Positions 24,967-37,068 of a stretch of DNA of 64,000 bases are shown one piece after another. This DNA is from Psilocybe cubensis. Its lineage: Eukaryota. The notes beneath the pieces are model-generated. The model worked only from the letters and a program-made list of their open reading frames with translations, made no database searches and was not told the DNA's origin. Location of the stretch: contig CM038998.1 in NCBI GenBank assembly GCA_017499595.2, positions 3,100,001 to 3,164,000 on the forward strand. The letters are read 5' to 3'. Position numbers and translations under genes: made by a program. Within the stretch, counting starts at the first letter, position 1, and every line of letters starts with the position of its first letter.

Positions 24967-25194
24967 ACCATTTGTTAGAGTTTTTTTTCACACTCGCAAA
25001 CTCAGGGTTTTGAACCATATTCATCATTCAGTGTGTGTACGTGAAAGTCAAGCGCGTTCATATTGGTGTCTGCATAAGGCATAGTGTGCAACAAGACGGG
25101 GCATGCATTCTCCGCCAATATTTTGTGGGGCCTCGGAGGTAGGTGTATATCAACAAAGTGAGAGGAAAGAGTAAGTACAACAAAAAAGGCATGT

Positions 25195-26003
25195 TTACTT
25201 CTTCTTGGCAGCTTCCTCCTCATCTTTCTGCAAAATAATGTTAGTTTTGTGCTTGCCAGTACATTGATGGAGACGGCCGTACCTTGGCAGCGCGTGCCTT
25301 GCGGGCACCCTCGTGTCGCTGGTTGGCACGAGCGATACGGAGAGTCCTGAAGGCCTGGAATTCCTTCTCCTCGGCGGTAATCTTGCGGGGGGCTTCGAGA
25401 GCGACAGATGGGGGGAGAGCGATGGGGGCACGGGTGGTAGCAGCCTTGAGGTCCTCAGCCTGATAAACAAGATAAAACTGTAAAATTCCAAAATTAAGAC
25501 ACCAATACGCACTGATGAGTCTCCCTTCTTGGGCTTGCCAGCCTTGCGGGGGAAGACAATCAGGCGGGCCTTGTAGGCCTGCAGCCGCTCAACATTGACC
25601 TTCTTGCCCTCCTCGCTCAGGTTCCTCCGCCTGTGGTCAACGACGATTCCAACACCACGTGCCTCCTTCCTTCCGATCCCAGCCTCCTTGAGCTCTGCAA
25701 GGGTAAATCCACGGCCCTCACGGACTTTGCGGTTGTAGCGGACGGTCTGGGCGCGGACGGCGGGGCGGAGGAGGGTGAGGGGGCGAACACCAAGGGTAGC
25801 AGCCTTGGTCTTGCGGGCAGTGCGTCTGCGAAGTTTGCGTCCGGGCTGGTCAAACCAGGTGCGGACGCGGCGCTGCCAGTCCTTCCTGAAGTGGTTGGCG
25901 TGGAGGACTAGATGATGCCAATGGTGTTTAGAGAAACAGAGCTCTTCGAGACAGCCAGATATCCGAGCAGAGGTTCCTCACCGTTGTTGTGGGCGAAACC
26001 CAT
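25195..26003 (-). CDS. RPL13: 60S ribosomal protein L13 (eL13)
   Basis: [61 protein letters not shown]; a 5'UTR intron is also evident. Confidence 0.97.
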
Positions 26004-27219
26004 ATTTTAGTCTGAAATTTAGGGGAAGAAGAGGTGTACAGTGAGCTCGAGGTGTGTGGGATGCGTTCGGGGGCGAGAGGGTCGTACCTTGTGTCTTGAA
26101 GTCGTCGGGGAGGCCGATGCCAATAATTCTCGTACCCATCCTCCCAATCCAGACGGGTGGCTTGATTTCAACTAGCTAGCACCACCGGGTATCACCGAGA
26201 CCCTAACCCAGCAGCTCTTCGGCAACTCGGCAGGGCTCCCACGGATAATTGCCTTTTATGGAGGTGTACTGTAATCTTGTAGATTCACCTCCATTATTGT
26301 TTGTGCTACAGCCTTAGTATGCCCTTGGACTCATGATCATGCACTGGATCAGTGATTGACAGATTGGTCCACTATGCAAGGGAGTGGCTGCGCGGCGCTA
26401 TCTCGAATCCGGCCTCGGAGTGCACCATGTTGTTCGTGCGCGGACCCGCTTTTCGGTTCGAGCTGGATTCTGTGCTGCAGACTGCGCGCTTGAATGCTAA
26501 TCGCTGTTTGGTCGTCCGTAAGTCGGGAGTGGTGCTGCACCAACCAAGCCCCATTTGGCGCTCGCCCTGCCACACCCTGCGATCCGTATTAGGCAGAATT
26601 TTACCTACTTCTTCCTTCTATCCTGGGTTCGATTCTAAAATGACCTGGATGTAATCAGAGTCTTGCGTACTTAATCGCACCAATCCCGTGTCATAGTCAA
26701 TCCGTAAGTGTCATTTCCGTCCAGTGTTCCGTATGGTACACATCTTTTATTTTTGGCTTATATCCTTCTCTCCTGGCTTCAGCCCTGGTTCATCTTTGTC
26801 ATTTATGTCTAGCTGGAGTTGAGGCGTCTGCACATCATTTTTCGCTTTTCAATTTTCTTTTTCTGTTTTATATTTTCCATGCCATGCCATGCCATGCCAC
26901 TTGCTCGCTACTTTGTTTTCTATTCAATTCCGCCCGACCATCCGTGCGTTCTGCTTAAACTATCTACGGATTTTGCTCGTACGGTGGTCCATGGCCAGAT
27001 TTGGACTATGCGATTGCATCGTTCATTCCACAGGCTGGGTAAGCAAAAAAGAAACAGAAACCACCGTGCCCGGAATCCAATTACGTCCTCAACTCAGAGT
27101 TTAACCCGCCGTGTGTTTGCGATATAAGAAGCTCATGATAATCGCACAAAGTTCACTTCGTTTTCATCCGGCTTTTAGCTCCTGTCCTACCCTCTTTCCA
27201 TTGTCCTGGACGCTGCCAA

Positions 27220-29138
27220 ATGTCTCCACCATCTGTTACTGTGTACACAAACCATCCGTTCCGCGCTGCACATGTCGGCTCGCTTCTCCGCCCAAAGCCA
27301 CTTTACAAAAAGCGCCAGGAGCTGGAGGCCGGGAAATGTGATGGACTGTCTCTTAAGGACGTCGAGAACGAAGCTATAAAACATGTGCTTAAACTACAAC
27401 AAAACGTTGGCATTAAGCTTGTCACAGACGGCGAACTTCGTAGGTCAGTGAGGTTATAATATCGTGATGAGAATTGGTTCTTATGTTCTTGTGGTCGGCT
27501 TAGGGGCTACTTTTTTGATGGTGTCTTTGAAAAGCTGGAAGGCATGACATATGTACCTAATCGTACGCTCTTTTCCACTTCTTCTCTGTATCCAAACACT
27601 CAAGGACTTTTGTATTCATTAGGCCCTATTTCCGCTTTCAAGGTGGGTCCTATACTCATAATGTGTATCGTATTGTTCTCGCGTACTCAGCGTCGGACAC
27701 TGTAGCCTTATATTCCCCATATCGCACTCATGTACGCGGCAGGGCTGCAAGAGGCCGAAACTATCTTTTGCGACGTCAGTGTCCGGTTTTACCATCTCCT
27801 TTCTCTTTTCTCCGTTTATCTCTTTTGTCCCTTAGGGAAAGGTCAGAAGGACACAACCATTCTATGTGGATGATTTCAAATTTCTCAAGTCACTGGTTGC
27901 TCCGGAGGTATAAAACGAAGTGATAATAATTGACCGGAATGAAGGTCTAATGTTACAAACTAGGATGTTAAACACATCAAGGTCACCATGTGCTCTCCGT
28001 CTTGGTTTCATCAACGACACGGATCCGACGAGACATACGACTTATCAATATACAACTGCGATGGTGGGTTTGCTGTATTTACCGCCGTTTATACAGTCTG
28101 ACCTCTTCCAGACGAATATTTTGACGACGTAGGCAAAGCTTTTCGAGAAGAAATCAATGAGTTATACGAGCTTGGGTGTCGTGAGTATCAACTGTTTCTG
28201 ATAAGTAATGCACCAACAAAAAGGCCAATTTACGCGTAATCACAGGTCATATCCAAATCGATGATCCAACCTTCTGTTATTTTTGTAACGACGACATGAT
28301 CTTTGGCATGGAACAGGCTGGGGTCGACCACGAAGCTCTTCTTGACACCTATATCCGCGCAATCAACGTCGTTACTCAGGGACGACCCGATGATTTGACT
28401 ATCGGCGTTCATATGTGTCGTGGAAATTTCAAAGTTTGTCTGTTCTTGCTTCATGGTTCTGATCACCTTATGGATGATATCAATTTCCAGGGTGGTATGC
28501 ATTTTACAGAAGGAGGGTACGAAAGAATTGCAATCAAGGTCTTCAACGCATTGGATGTAGATGTATTTTACGCAAGTTTCATTTTTGATCCAATGAGGGC
28601 CTATTGACCAAAATATTCATCAGCTTGAATATGACACAGAACGTGCGGGAGACTTTCAACCCCTGAAGTTTCTGCCTCTGGGCAAGGTGGTCGTCCTCGG
28701 GCTGGTGACAACCAAGAATCCAAAAGTATGTGTTACCTGCTTCTATTCTAGTATTTGTTGCCTTAACACTAATGGATTCCGTGGAACGCAGCTGGAATCG
28801 ATCGAACACATCAAGGCTCGCGTCTATGAGGCGGCAGAAGTTTTGTGTCAAGGAAGTCCGAGGCGGTCAATGGAAGTCGCACTGAACCAGTCAGTATCCA
28901 GTGCTTTGTACCGATAAAGGCTTTGGACGTTTATCCACTGCTCACTTGCGAATCCTTTCAGATTGTGCATCAGCACACAGTGCGGGTTTGCCTCTGTATG
29001 GGAGGGAAATCCTGTCACGGAAGAGGCACGTATCTCTGCTCCATTGTTTTTGTTTATGGTTCTGAAGTTCGTGAGTAGGATGAGATCAAGAAGCTCTCAC
29101 TTCTTGTCGAAGCAGCCAAAAAGATATGGCACGACTGA
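27220..29138 (+). CDS. Single-barrel cobalamin-independent methionine-synthase-like (UROD/MetE C-terminal) protein
   Basis: PFRAAHVGSLLRP, TDGELRR, IQIDDP, HMCRGNF, EGGYERIA, LEYDTERAGDFQPL, VVLGLVTTK and STQCGFAS; many short introns. Confidence 0.9.
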
Positions 29139-29560
29139 TATATTCATTCATGGTTTCGTCTTGTACAGCATCTATACGTTATATTCTAATTTACCTGGAA
29201 GGTTATATACGCCACAATTTTATTGAACGTCCTCTTACCTATCAAAGTTAAATATATACATATGCAATGTCCCCATATTTTGAATTATATTAGGTGAAAC
29301 GACATTCATGTATTATTCGTTTCTTTCCATTTATTATTTATATGGAATTGCTAGTCTTTTCTGCTTTTTCAAGGCATTTCTTTCGCAATGTAGTTGTGTT
29401 GTCACGCGCGTCTAATTTGATCTATTCGCAAACAACTTTCGGTAGTTGCCGTAAATAATGATGATGACATTCCTTGGGCCGGAGTTAGCATTGAACCTTA
29501 CCAAACAAAACCATCTACATATACAATACGACCACTTTCTGCACATTCCTACGTAGGGTG

Positions 29561-31744
29561 ATGGTCAAGGTAGGGCCACGTCTCCCCCCGCCAACTCGCA
29601 GAGAACTGGCGAGGCAAGAAAAAGAGGCAAAGCGCGCCGAGCAACTGGCCAACGGCATAGATCCTGCTCTCCTTGGCGAGCCACGGGAACACCTAGCATT
29701 GCTGATAGCTAAAAAGACGCGCTCCAAACGTCTTGAACCATCTGTTCTTGAACAATCCTGGAAGAAGTGGGAAAAGAACCAGAAGCGCGCCCACGCTAGA
29801 AGATTGGCAAAGTCTTTGAAGGAGAACATCAACTCAGAGGGGTAAAAATTTTCATCATCATCTATGATCCATTCTGTCCCCTTTTTGCTGATTTTCCTTC
29901 TATCACCCTCTTGTTGATCAGATCACAGGATTATGGGGATACATCTCAATCTGCGTCTTCCATCACCAATGAGAGCAACCAGGACCCTAAAGTGGAGACA
30001 ATCCGAGGTGATTCTGTCGATGCTCGCCTCCCTGATATGAATTCGACGGCTAGTGAGATGCACGGCATTCTAGTGAGCTCTCCTGCATGCCCCCTTGGCC
30101 CTGTTTCTAGTGAATTGTCCTCTTTGTCTTTGACTGGGACCAGTCTTTCTCTTTCGTCTTCCGAGTGTCGTGGTGTTCTAGATCCTGGTTCCAGTACATC
30201 TCTACTGCCCTATGCATCCAATACTCCTCTTCTGGGCGTCCAAATATCGACAGGCGACTTCTGGCCAGATAAAAATGCTGCTCCATCAAATCTGCTTGAT
30301 GACATGAAAGAAGCAAACGAATCTGCAAAGATAAAGGATATAACTCACTTACAAGGAACCCCAGAAAGAGGAAAGGTAAGAATTGCGCCCCTCATCACAT
30401 CATCATATAATTCATACCGCATATATGCAGTGTACCGATCCGCCCACAGTGTCTTCCCAGTGTCCTCTTAATACACTATCTCGGGTTTCGTCTCTTCGTA
30501 AATCACGAACAGTGATGAATGCAGCCTTAGCTCCTCCCCGTCTGACATCGCGTAAAGGTTCTGCTAGTTCTTTCATCTTCAGCGAGCCTTTGGATTCCTC
30601 TAAGTTTTCCTCAAAATCCTCTGTTTCTGCCAGTATAAACACTCAGCGGGGGGAATCTAGCGTTGTTGGTGGTTCTGAATCTGTTACACCGACTGTTGAG
30701 TCAATCCGTGGACTAAATTTGACGCCTCGAGCTAGAGTATCTGCATATGTTCGTCCAAGGTGCCCTGTGCTTGACGCGGATCAAACTATTTTGGCCGAGT
30801 CTAGAGGTCGAGACCGTGATGTCAATGACAAGGATACAACAAAGCTTACCACCTGGCAGCCCCCTGTTCCTCCTTCCAATGATACCCGCCCAGGGATCGA
30901 AAATACGTTTGGGACCATCGCCGCACCTGCGTCGTTGGCAAAGCAAGTTACGAAGAATGCCTATAATAATCACAATGACGTTTTGAACGTCGGGATTTTA
31001 TCAGGTGGTATCTCGCAACATACAAACCGGTATGCAGCATCTACACCCGAGGTTACTAGTGCCTTGGAGCCAAAACCTATTCAGGATCGTGTTTTGAAGG
31101 AACTATCCAATAATGCTCCAACCGACCAGGCTGAGTTACAACCAAATACCTACCAAAGTAATACCCAAACTCCAATTGTTAACGAAATTAAGCCGAAACT
31201 CGGTTCTTCGTGTTCCAACGTCATCAACGAAGGTTCTTCCAGCGTGCAGACTATGGATCAACCAAATGTCGTTGGCGCAGGTGGTGAACCTGTAGGCCCA
31301 GATACATCACGAACACCGGCCGTTCTTGCCCCAGCAGCCTGCATCGTTCAAGATAAGAAACCCAAACCCATCAAAAAAGACGAAGTGGTTGAGACGCAGA
31401 GGAGTCAGCGCAGGAGCTTTTTCAATATTCAGCCAGTTCTTAGGTCTATGTTACGACCTGCTGCCCGCGACAACGGAAGTGAGCAGCCCACTGCCTCTGG
31501 AAAATATCCGGATACACCTTTGAGTTCTTGGTCTGGAATTGTCCCACCGGTGCCCACGCCTGCCACAAGGTCCCCTCTTATCTTTGCTATGGGTCTTCCC
31601 AGTCCGCCCTGGTCGCGTTCGAACGTTCTGCCTCGCCACGTAGCGGACACAAATCCGGAGGCAGGGACCTCACGAGGATTTGTATGTGCCTTGAAATGGG
31701 TATTGAGAAAAACATTTGGGTATTTCTGGCAAAAAAGAGGATGA
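29561..31744 (+). CDS. Hypothetical low-complexity protein (basic N-terminus, Ser/Pro/Thr-rich body)
   Basis: Three long consecutive ORFs (29558-29845, 29911-30471, 30383-31744) can be joined by GT-AG introns; no recognisable domain. Confidence 0.55.
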
Positions 31745-31975
31745 AGAGGGGAGAAATTTGTTATCATTTGTAGAACTAGAGTTGGACAAACGGTTGTCCC
31801 CATGGAAATTCAATTTGCGCGTTAATTATTACGTAAACCATACTTTGAAGCCCCACGGGCAAGCATTCGCGCTCCCTTCGCTCCATACATCAGGGCCGTT
31901 CAACATTCCTGTCCTTTACAGACGGTCATTCCTTTCACTTTTATTCTCTCTCACTGTCTTTTCTTGCCTCATGCT

Positions 31976-33740
31976 ATGTTTTTCTCTTATTTTCGTCGAC
32001 CAGCGGCCGTTCTACCTTTTCTTACCCTCATCAACGCATTCACCTTTACTTTTTCTGAGCCTTCAGAATGCGATGACCTCAATTTGACATGGACAGGCGA
32101 GTAAATTAACGAATCAGTCGAAACCATGCATTCTAAACTGATCTTACCAGGTGGAACACCGCCATTTACACTTAACTTGATTCCTGTATGTCTTTCAACT
32201 CCGGAGGCGCTTAGTGCATGCATTCATTTGAATCAAGGTCTTTGGGACTCCTCGCAATGTGTCAATACCATCTTCTGCATACAATGATGGAAAGGGCTCA
32301 TTTTCTTATCAACTTCCGTTCGACAATCAAACACAATTGGCGATTATGATGTCGGATTCCACTGGATTCAATGCGGGAGGCGTTTCCGAACTGCAGTCAG
32401 TTCGACCGTCGAATGGACGGAGTTGCAATACCACAGAGCCGAGTAAGTCAGCCTATGACTTTGTTGACCAGGTTTACTGACCTTACTCAAGGGGTGGATT
32501 TCTCTTTCCAGTTGAATACAGCTCTGCAACAATGCAGGTAATCTACTCATACATTCCATTCGCATATCAAATTCTGCGATTCACAATTCTTTCTTAGACC
32601 ATACCTGATCGAAGCATACACACAAGCAGTACAGCCTGTTACAATATACGTAAGTACACGACGATCGCGCTCGGTTTGTTTCTTGTCTAACATTGCATCG
32701 ACCAGGTTATCGTCCCCGGCGGGAGTGTGACTACGCTAAAGCCTCCAACAGGGCCCACCTCATTCACTTGGAATGCCAATGCTGCTCGTGGAACGTCCAT
32801 GATGTTCATGCTGGTTGATGCCCAGGGACGTCAAGGTGGGAGCTCCGATATTATTCCTGTCGGGGTATCCGACGACACTAGTTGCCTCAATGCTTCCTCG
32901 CCGTCCACGACATCAAATCCCCCATTTTCAACCTCTACATCGTCTTCCTCTCCTTCATCCACCTCGGGATCCAAGAGCGGAATATCTATCGCTGCTGTTG
33001 CAGGGACAGTTATTGGAGCCCTCATTTTTTTGTCTGTTACAGTAACCCTTGGACTCTTTTTTCTTAGGAGAAAGCAAGAAAAGGCTAACCTTGGCTTCTC
33101 TGATAATAAGCCGAGTCGGCCACCAAGGATGGGATCTGGAACTGATCTACCTTACGATTCCAACCATGGGTCTGGTGTGCTGCACAGCGGTGGTATTCTA
33201 CCAAGCAACTTGCCACCTTTATCTCCATATCCTTATTCACCCAATTCTAGCATTCCACAGAGTTCTAATCCTTTCTTGGATTCTCACTCAGGCGGACCAA
33301 ACACTGCATCATCGCACAATTTACTTTTACCCTCAGGGCAATATCAACCCAGTCCTTTCGATGCATCCAGCGAATATTTGCCTCGTCCTCCCCATATACA
33401 AGGGTATCTCGACCAGTCGCCTTTGGAACCAAACAAGTCATCCTCTCCCTCTAAACCCCCTGGAATTGAACCCGAAACCTATTTAATGCAAACCAGGCCC
33501 CCGTCTTCAATACCAGAGACGATTTCAACATCACGAAAGGCTGCACTTGCAGCAGCAGCGTCAAACCAGAGACCAACAAGGTTTATTGTCCATACAGATG
33601 TTGAAGATGACATTCCTCCTCCCAATGCAGACGGCATTGTTGAGCTTCCTCCGCAATATAGTGAGCGGCGCGGTGCGCCTAGCTCTGCCATTCATCCACC
33701 AGAGCAGGCCGGTCCTCCTCCTGGTACATACCCTCTATGA
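31976..33740 (+). CDS. Type I membrane protein A (signal peptide, Cys-containing ectodomain, S/T stalk, TM, PPxY tail)
   Basis: MFFSYFRRPAAVLPFLTLINAFTFTFSEPSECDDLNLTWT|GGTPPFTLNLIP|..; TM IAAVAGTVIGALIFLSVTVTLGLFFLRRK; tail FIVHTDVED..ELPPQYSE. Confidence 0.8.
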
Positions 33741-34211
33741 TTGGTAATCACCTTATTTATTTCGTTTCACTTTTTTGGCGGCAATGGAGCCTCCTTCCAG
33801 GTTCTGGAACCGTATTTCTTATTTATCTTTAAACTATCAAGGACTTGTAATTTTGTTTGCGCGATAGGCTCCCCTTGTTTTCAAGAAAGAAAATGTTATT
33901 AAACGCCTCAGTTTGCTCTAGAGGCCATGAACCGCTGCGTTGCTTGCTTTAGCGCTTTAATTAGTCGGGAGGCATTTCTCTGACAAGGATCCAGATATGA
34001 TGTGAACCGGCACTGATAGTTCTAACCACCAGCGGTGTGACCGAGTCGGAGGCCTTTTTTGCACCTTCGCTCACCGCTGGTTCTTGGCTACGTTCATCAA
34101 TATTTTCTACTCAATAACTAAGTTATTGCATAAGTATAACTAGATGGTCCAAAACGAACAATTTGCGATGAGGGTTTGCAACTCATTTAATTTGACATCT
34201 CGACTATTGTT

Positions 34212-34912
34212 GAGACCGTCGGATCGACTGGGAGGGAGGGCCAAATGGACCTGGACCTGGACTTGTACTTGGACCTCACGTGGATCTGGGAAGATTGGTC
34301 ATATTTTCCCAGCGGTCCAAGGCAAGGTCCATCCCTGGTGTTATTTCGGTGTTACCTTTGCCCGTCATTGACGTTCAACATGTACCACAGCTGAGGGTTT
34401 AGATGAATTGAATCATTCAGCAGCTTCTCCATTTTTTAATGAATTATCACAGTACTATCTCATTAATCTCCTGCTATTCCAATTTTATACAAAATTGATG
34501 ATAATGGACATTATGTGAAGATTTCTGCTATTACCTTCTTGTTTACTGGTCAGTATTCACAGACTTATTAGAAATCCATTACTTATGTGATAGAGCACTA
34601 TCATTTGATTCTATTTGGCAATTCACCACTGTGTATGCATGAAATGATGTTCAGTGAATATCATTACTAAAATTATTTCAAGTTCAAGCTAAGTTTTGGC
34701 TGAGTTGGAAACAATGTGTATTTGTCACTTATGGTACAAGACTGGAACAAGAGCAGGAACATCTAAAGAGCATACACGGTCCACAGCAGGTCTACATAAA
34801 GGCCACACATGGGCCACCGTGAGGTTTTGCTCAAGGTCAAGGAATGATGTCCAAGTCCAAGTCTGGGCCATGGTCCACGTTGGACCTGTGACCCAGTCGA
34901 TCCGACTTTCTG
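34212..34912. mobile_element. Non-autonomous hAT-type MITE, 701 bp
   Basis: Perfect 15-bp TIR core GTCGGATCGACTGGG (34218-34232) / CCCAGTCGATCCGAC (34892-34906), extendable to ~21 bp. Identical 8-bp flanks CTATTGTT at 34204-34211 and 34913-34920. Subterminal GGACCT/GGACTT repeats and an AT-rich non-coding interior. Confidence 0.88.
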
Positions 34913-35412
34913 CTATTGTTCATCAGTGTAGTGTCACGTCGCCTGTGACTGATCCAAAAATTCGTTCATTTAGAATCTGTATCTTATGGTAGCCTCAGCT
35001 AGTATGACTATTTCAGAATTCAATTTGTTATGCAGAGAAGTGCATCACTTGTCCACAAACAGTTGTACGCAAGTTAGGCGCCATGAACCAAAAGAACCGA
35101 AAAAGAACTGTCAGAAATAGGCTGAAATAGGTGACATCAGAGCTTTTCGGTAAAAATAGCTTCTCCAAGTAGCTAGTGCCGTTACGGCGCCGGACGTACA
35201 TCCCTTGGTTAACGGCCTTTGCCTGGCGACCAGATTTGCTGGGAGCCAGTCAACTCTCAACGTCAAACTCTGACCCTGGCATACATGCCTTGTTGTTCTC
35301 TTTACCTTCGACCTTGAAGTCCTCCACCGAGCGCTGAGGCATAATAGTCCTTGTTGAGGCACCTACTTGAACTCGGACATTTTCATTTTTTCCAAGAGCC
35401 GAGCAAGAATCG

Positions 35413-37068
35413 ATGTTCTTTGTTGCAAGGTGGGGGAGCGCGGTCTATCTGAGCGCCTTCCTGGTTCCGCTCGTCGTCAATGCTTTCAATTTTACGAATA
35501 CCAATCCAACGCAATGTGATGATTTAACGATCCAGTGGACAGGTACGAAAAACTCATTCTGAGAGCTTTATGAACTCACAAATGCTTACACCAAAATTCT
35601 GACCATGCAGGAGGTCAACCACCTTTCAATTTGTTAGTGATTCCTGTGCGTAGCGGCCCTCAATGTGTTCAAATTGTGGAAATAACAGTCTAGATGATAG
35701 CCTGGACAAATTTTGCGCAATATAACGATACCCCCGGCCGCGTTTGCAAACAATGCTGGGACGTTCACGACACAGCTTGCACTTGCTGAACATCAGCGCG
35801 TACTTTTCGCTCTATCAGACGCCACTGGTGTTACTGCTGGGGGGACGTCTGCTTTGTTTGACGTAGGTGCATCAATCAGCGGTGCACAATGCAATACGAC
35901 GAGTCCTAGTGTGTACCTATACGTGCATCAGTGCTGATCACTCACCTTCTCATATTAGCTGCGGATTTTTTCTTCTCTACGGACAATGACCTGTTCCAGT
36001 GCCAGTAAGTGCGCCCTGCTACCACTTGGTCTGAGGTTCTCATGGTCGTTAATTTCTTCTTTTGCATCCAGACCTTTTCCTTTCAGCCAATATCCCAACG
36101 CGGTCCAGCCCGTTACTATAATTGTGAGTCATAAATAATAAATAATCGATTATGGATTGGATTAACCGGATGTATAGGGATTTATACCTCAGAGCCCACC
36201 ATTGATTTTCCATCCTCCCATCGGGGACTCCTTTTCATGGAATCCAGTAAATCTCACTGCGGGGACATCTATCGCTTTCTACATGACAGATTCGCAGGGA
36301 CGGAACGGAGGAATCGCGAACATCGAAGTAATTCGCCTTTCTAATGATCAATCTTGTTTGACGACGGCATCGTCGTCAGGAAACCCTCTACCGACTGGAA
36401 CGCTTCAGCCTGACTCCACCAGAGTACCGAGTTCGCATACCCCCCTTGTTGCAGGCGTTGTGGCCGGGGCTGCGGCTCTCATCCTTGTGTTGGCTTTTGC
36501 GCTATTCTGCGTCAGACGTCGCCGCAATCAAGGCCCGACGGAGAAAAGAAGCTCCAGGAAACCAATTGATCCTGTATACGAGCATGCAGGGTCCCCTGCG
36601 CCCGAAGGGGCTTCTTACTTGATGATCCCTACTCAGTATACGGTCACGCCTCTGTCTGAAGCAGAGACTATGAGTGCACGTTCGAGAAAGCGACAAATGA
36701 TGCTAGAGGATAGAGCAGAAAATCAGTCTTTCCCTTCTGACACATCTCGAATTCAGTCAATGACACAGTATCCTCCAAGCACACCAGGTCCATCATCACA
36801 GTTCGGTACATCTGGTCATAGCATTCTCAGCGGTTATTCTTCTATGGTTGCAACATCGCCGGACTCCGATCCTCGCAGTCAATACAAACCTTCACCACGT
36901 TTAATAATACATACAGATATTGCAGAATCGAGCGCGGAGCCTTTGGAGCTCCCACCACAATATTCAGAAGGACGTATGCCTATCCCCGGTATGGTGACAT
37001 CTGAAGAACCAGATACCACATTATCACAAAATTCAAGCTCGAGACCGGGAAAAAACTTTAGGTCGTAG
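35413..37068 (+). CDS. Type I membrane protein B, tandem paralog of 31976-33740
   Basis: MFFVARWGSAVYLSAFLVPLVVNAFNFTNTNPTQCDDLTIQWT|GGQPPFNLLVIP|..; TM LVAGVVAGAAALILVLAFALFCVRRRR; tail LIIHTDIAE..ELPPQYSE; intron positions match gene A. Confidence 0.8.

Noticed and set aside
26560-26660. tRNA or TPP riboswitch near GGGTTCGATTC / GACCTGGATGTAAT
   Set aside because: No acceptor, D or anticodon stems could be built, and the conserved TPP aptamer segments are absent.
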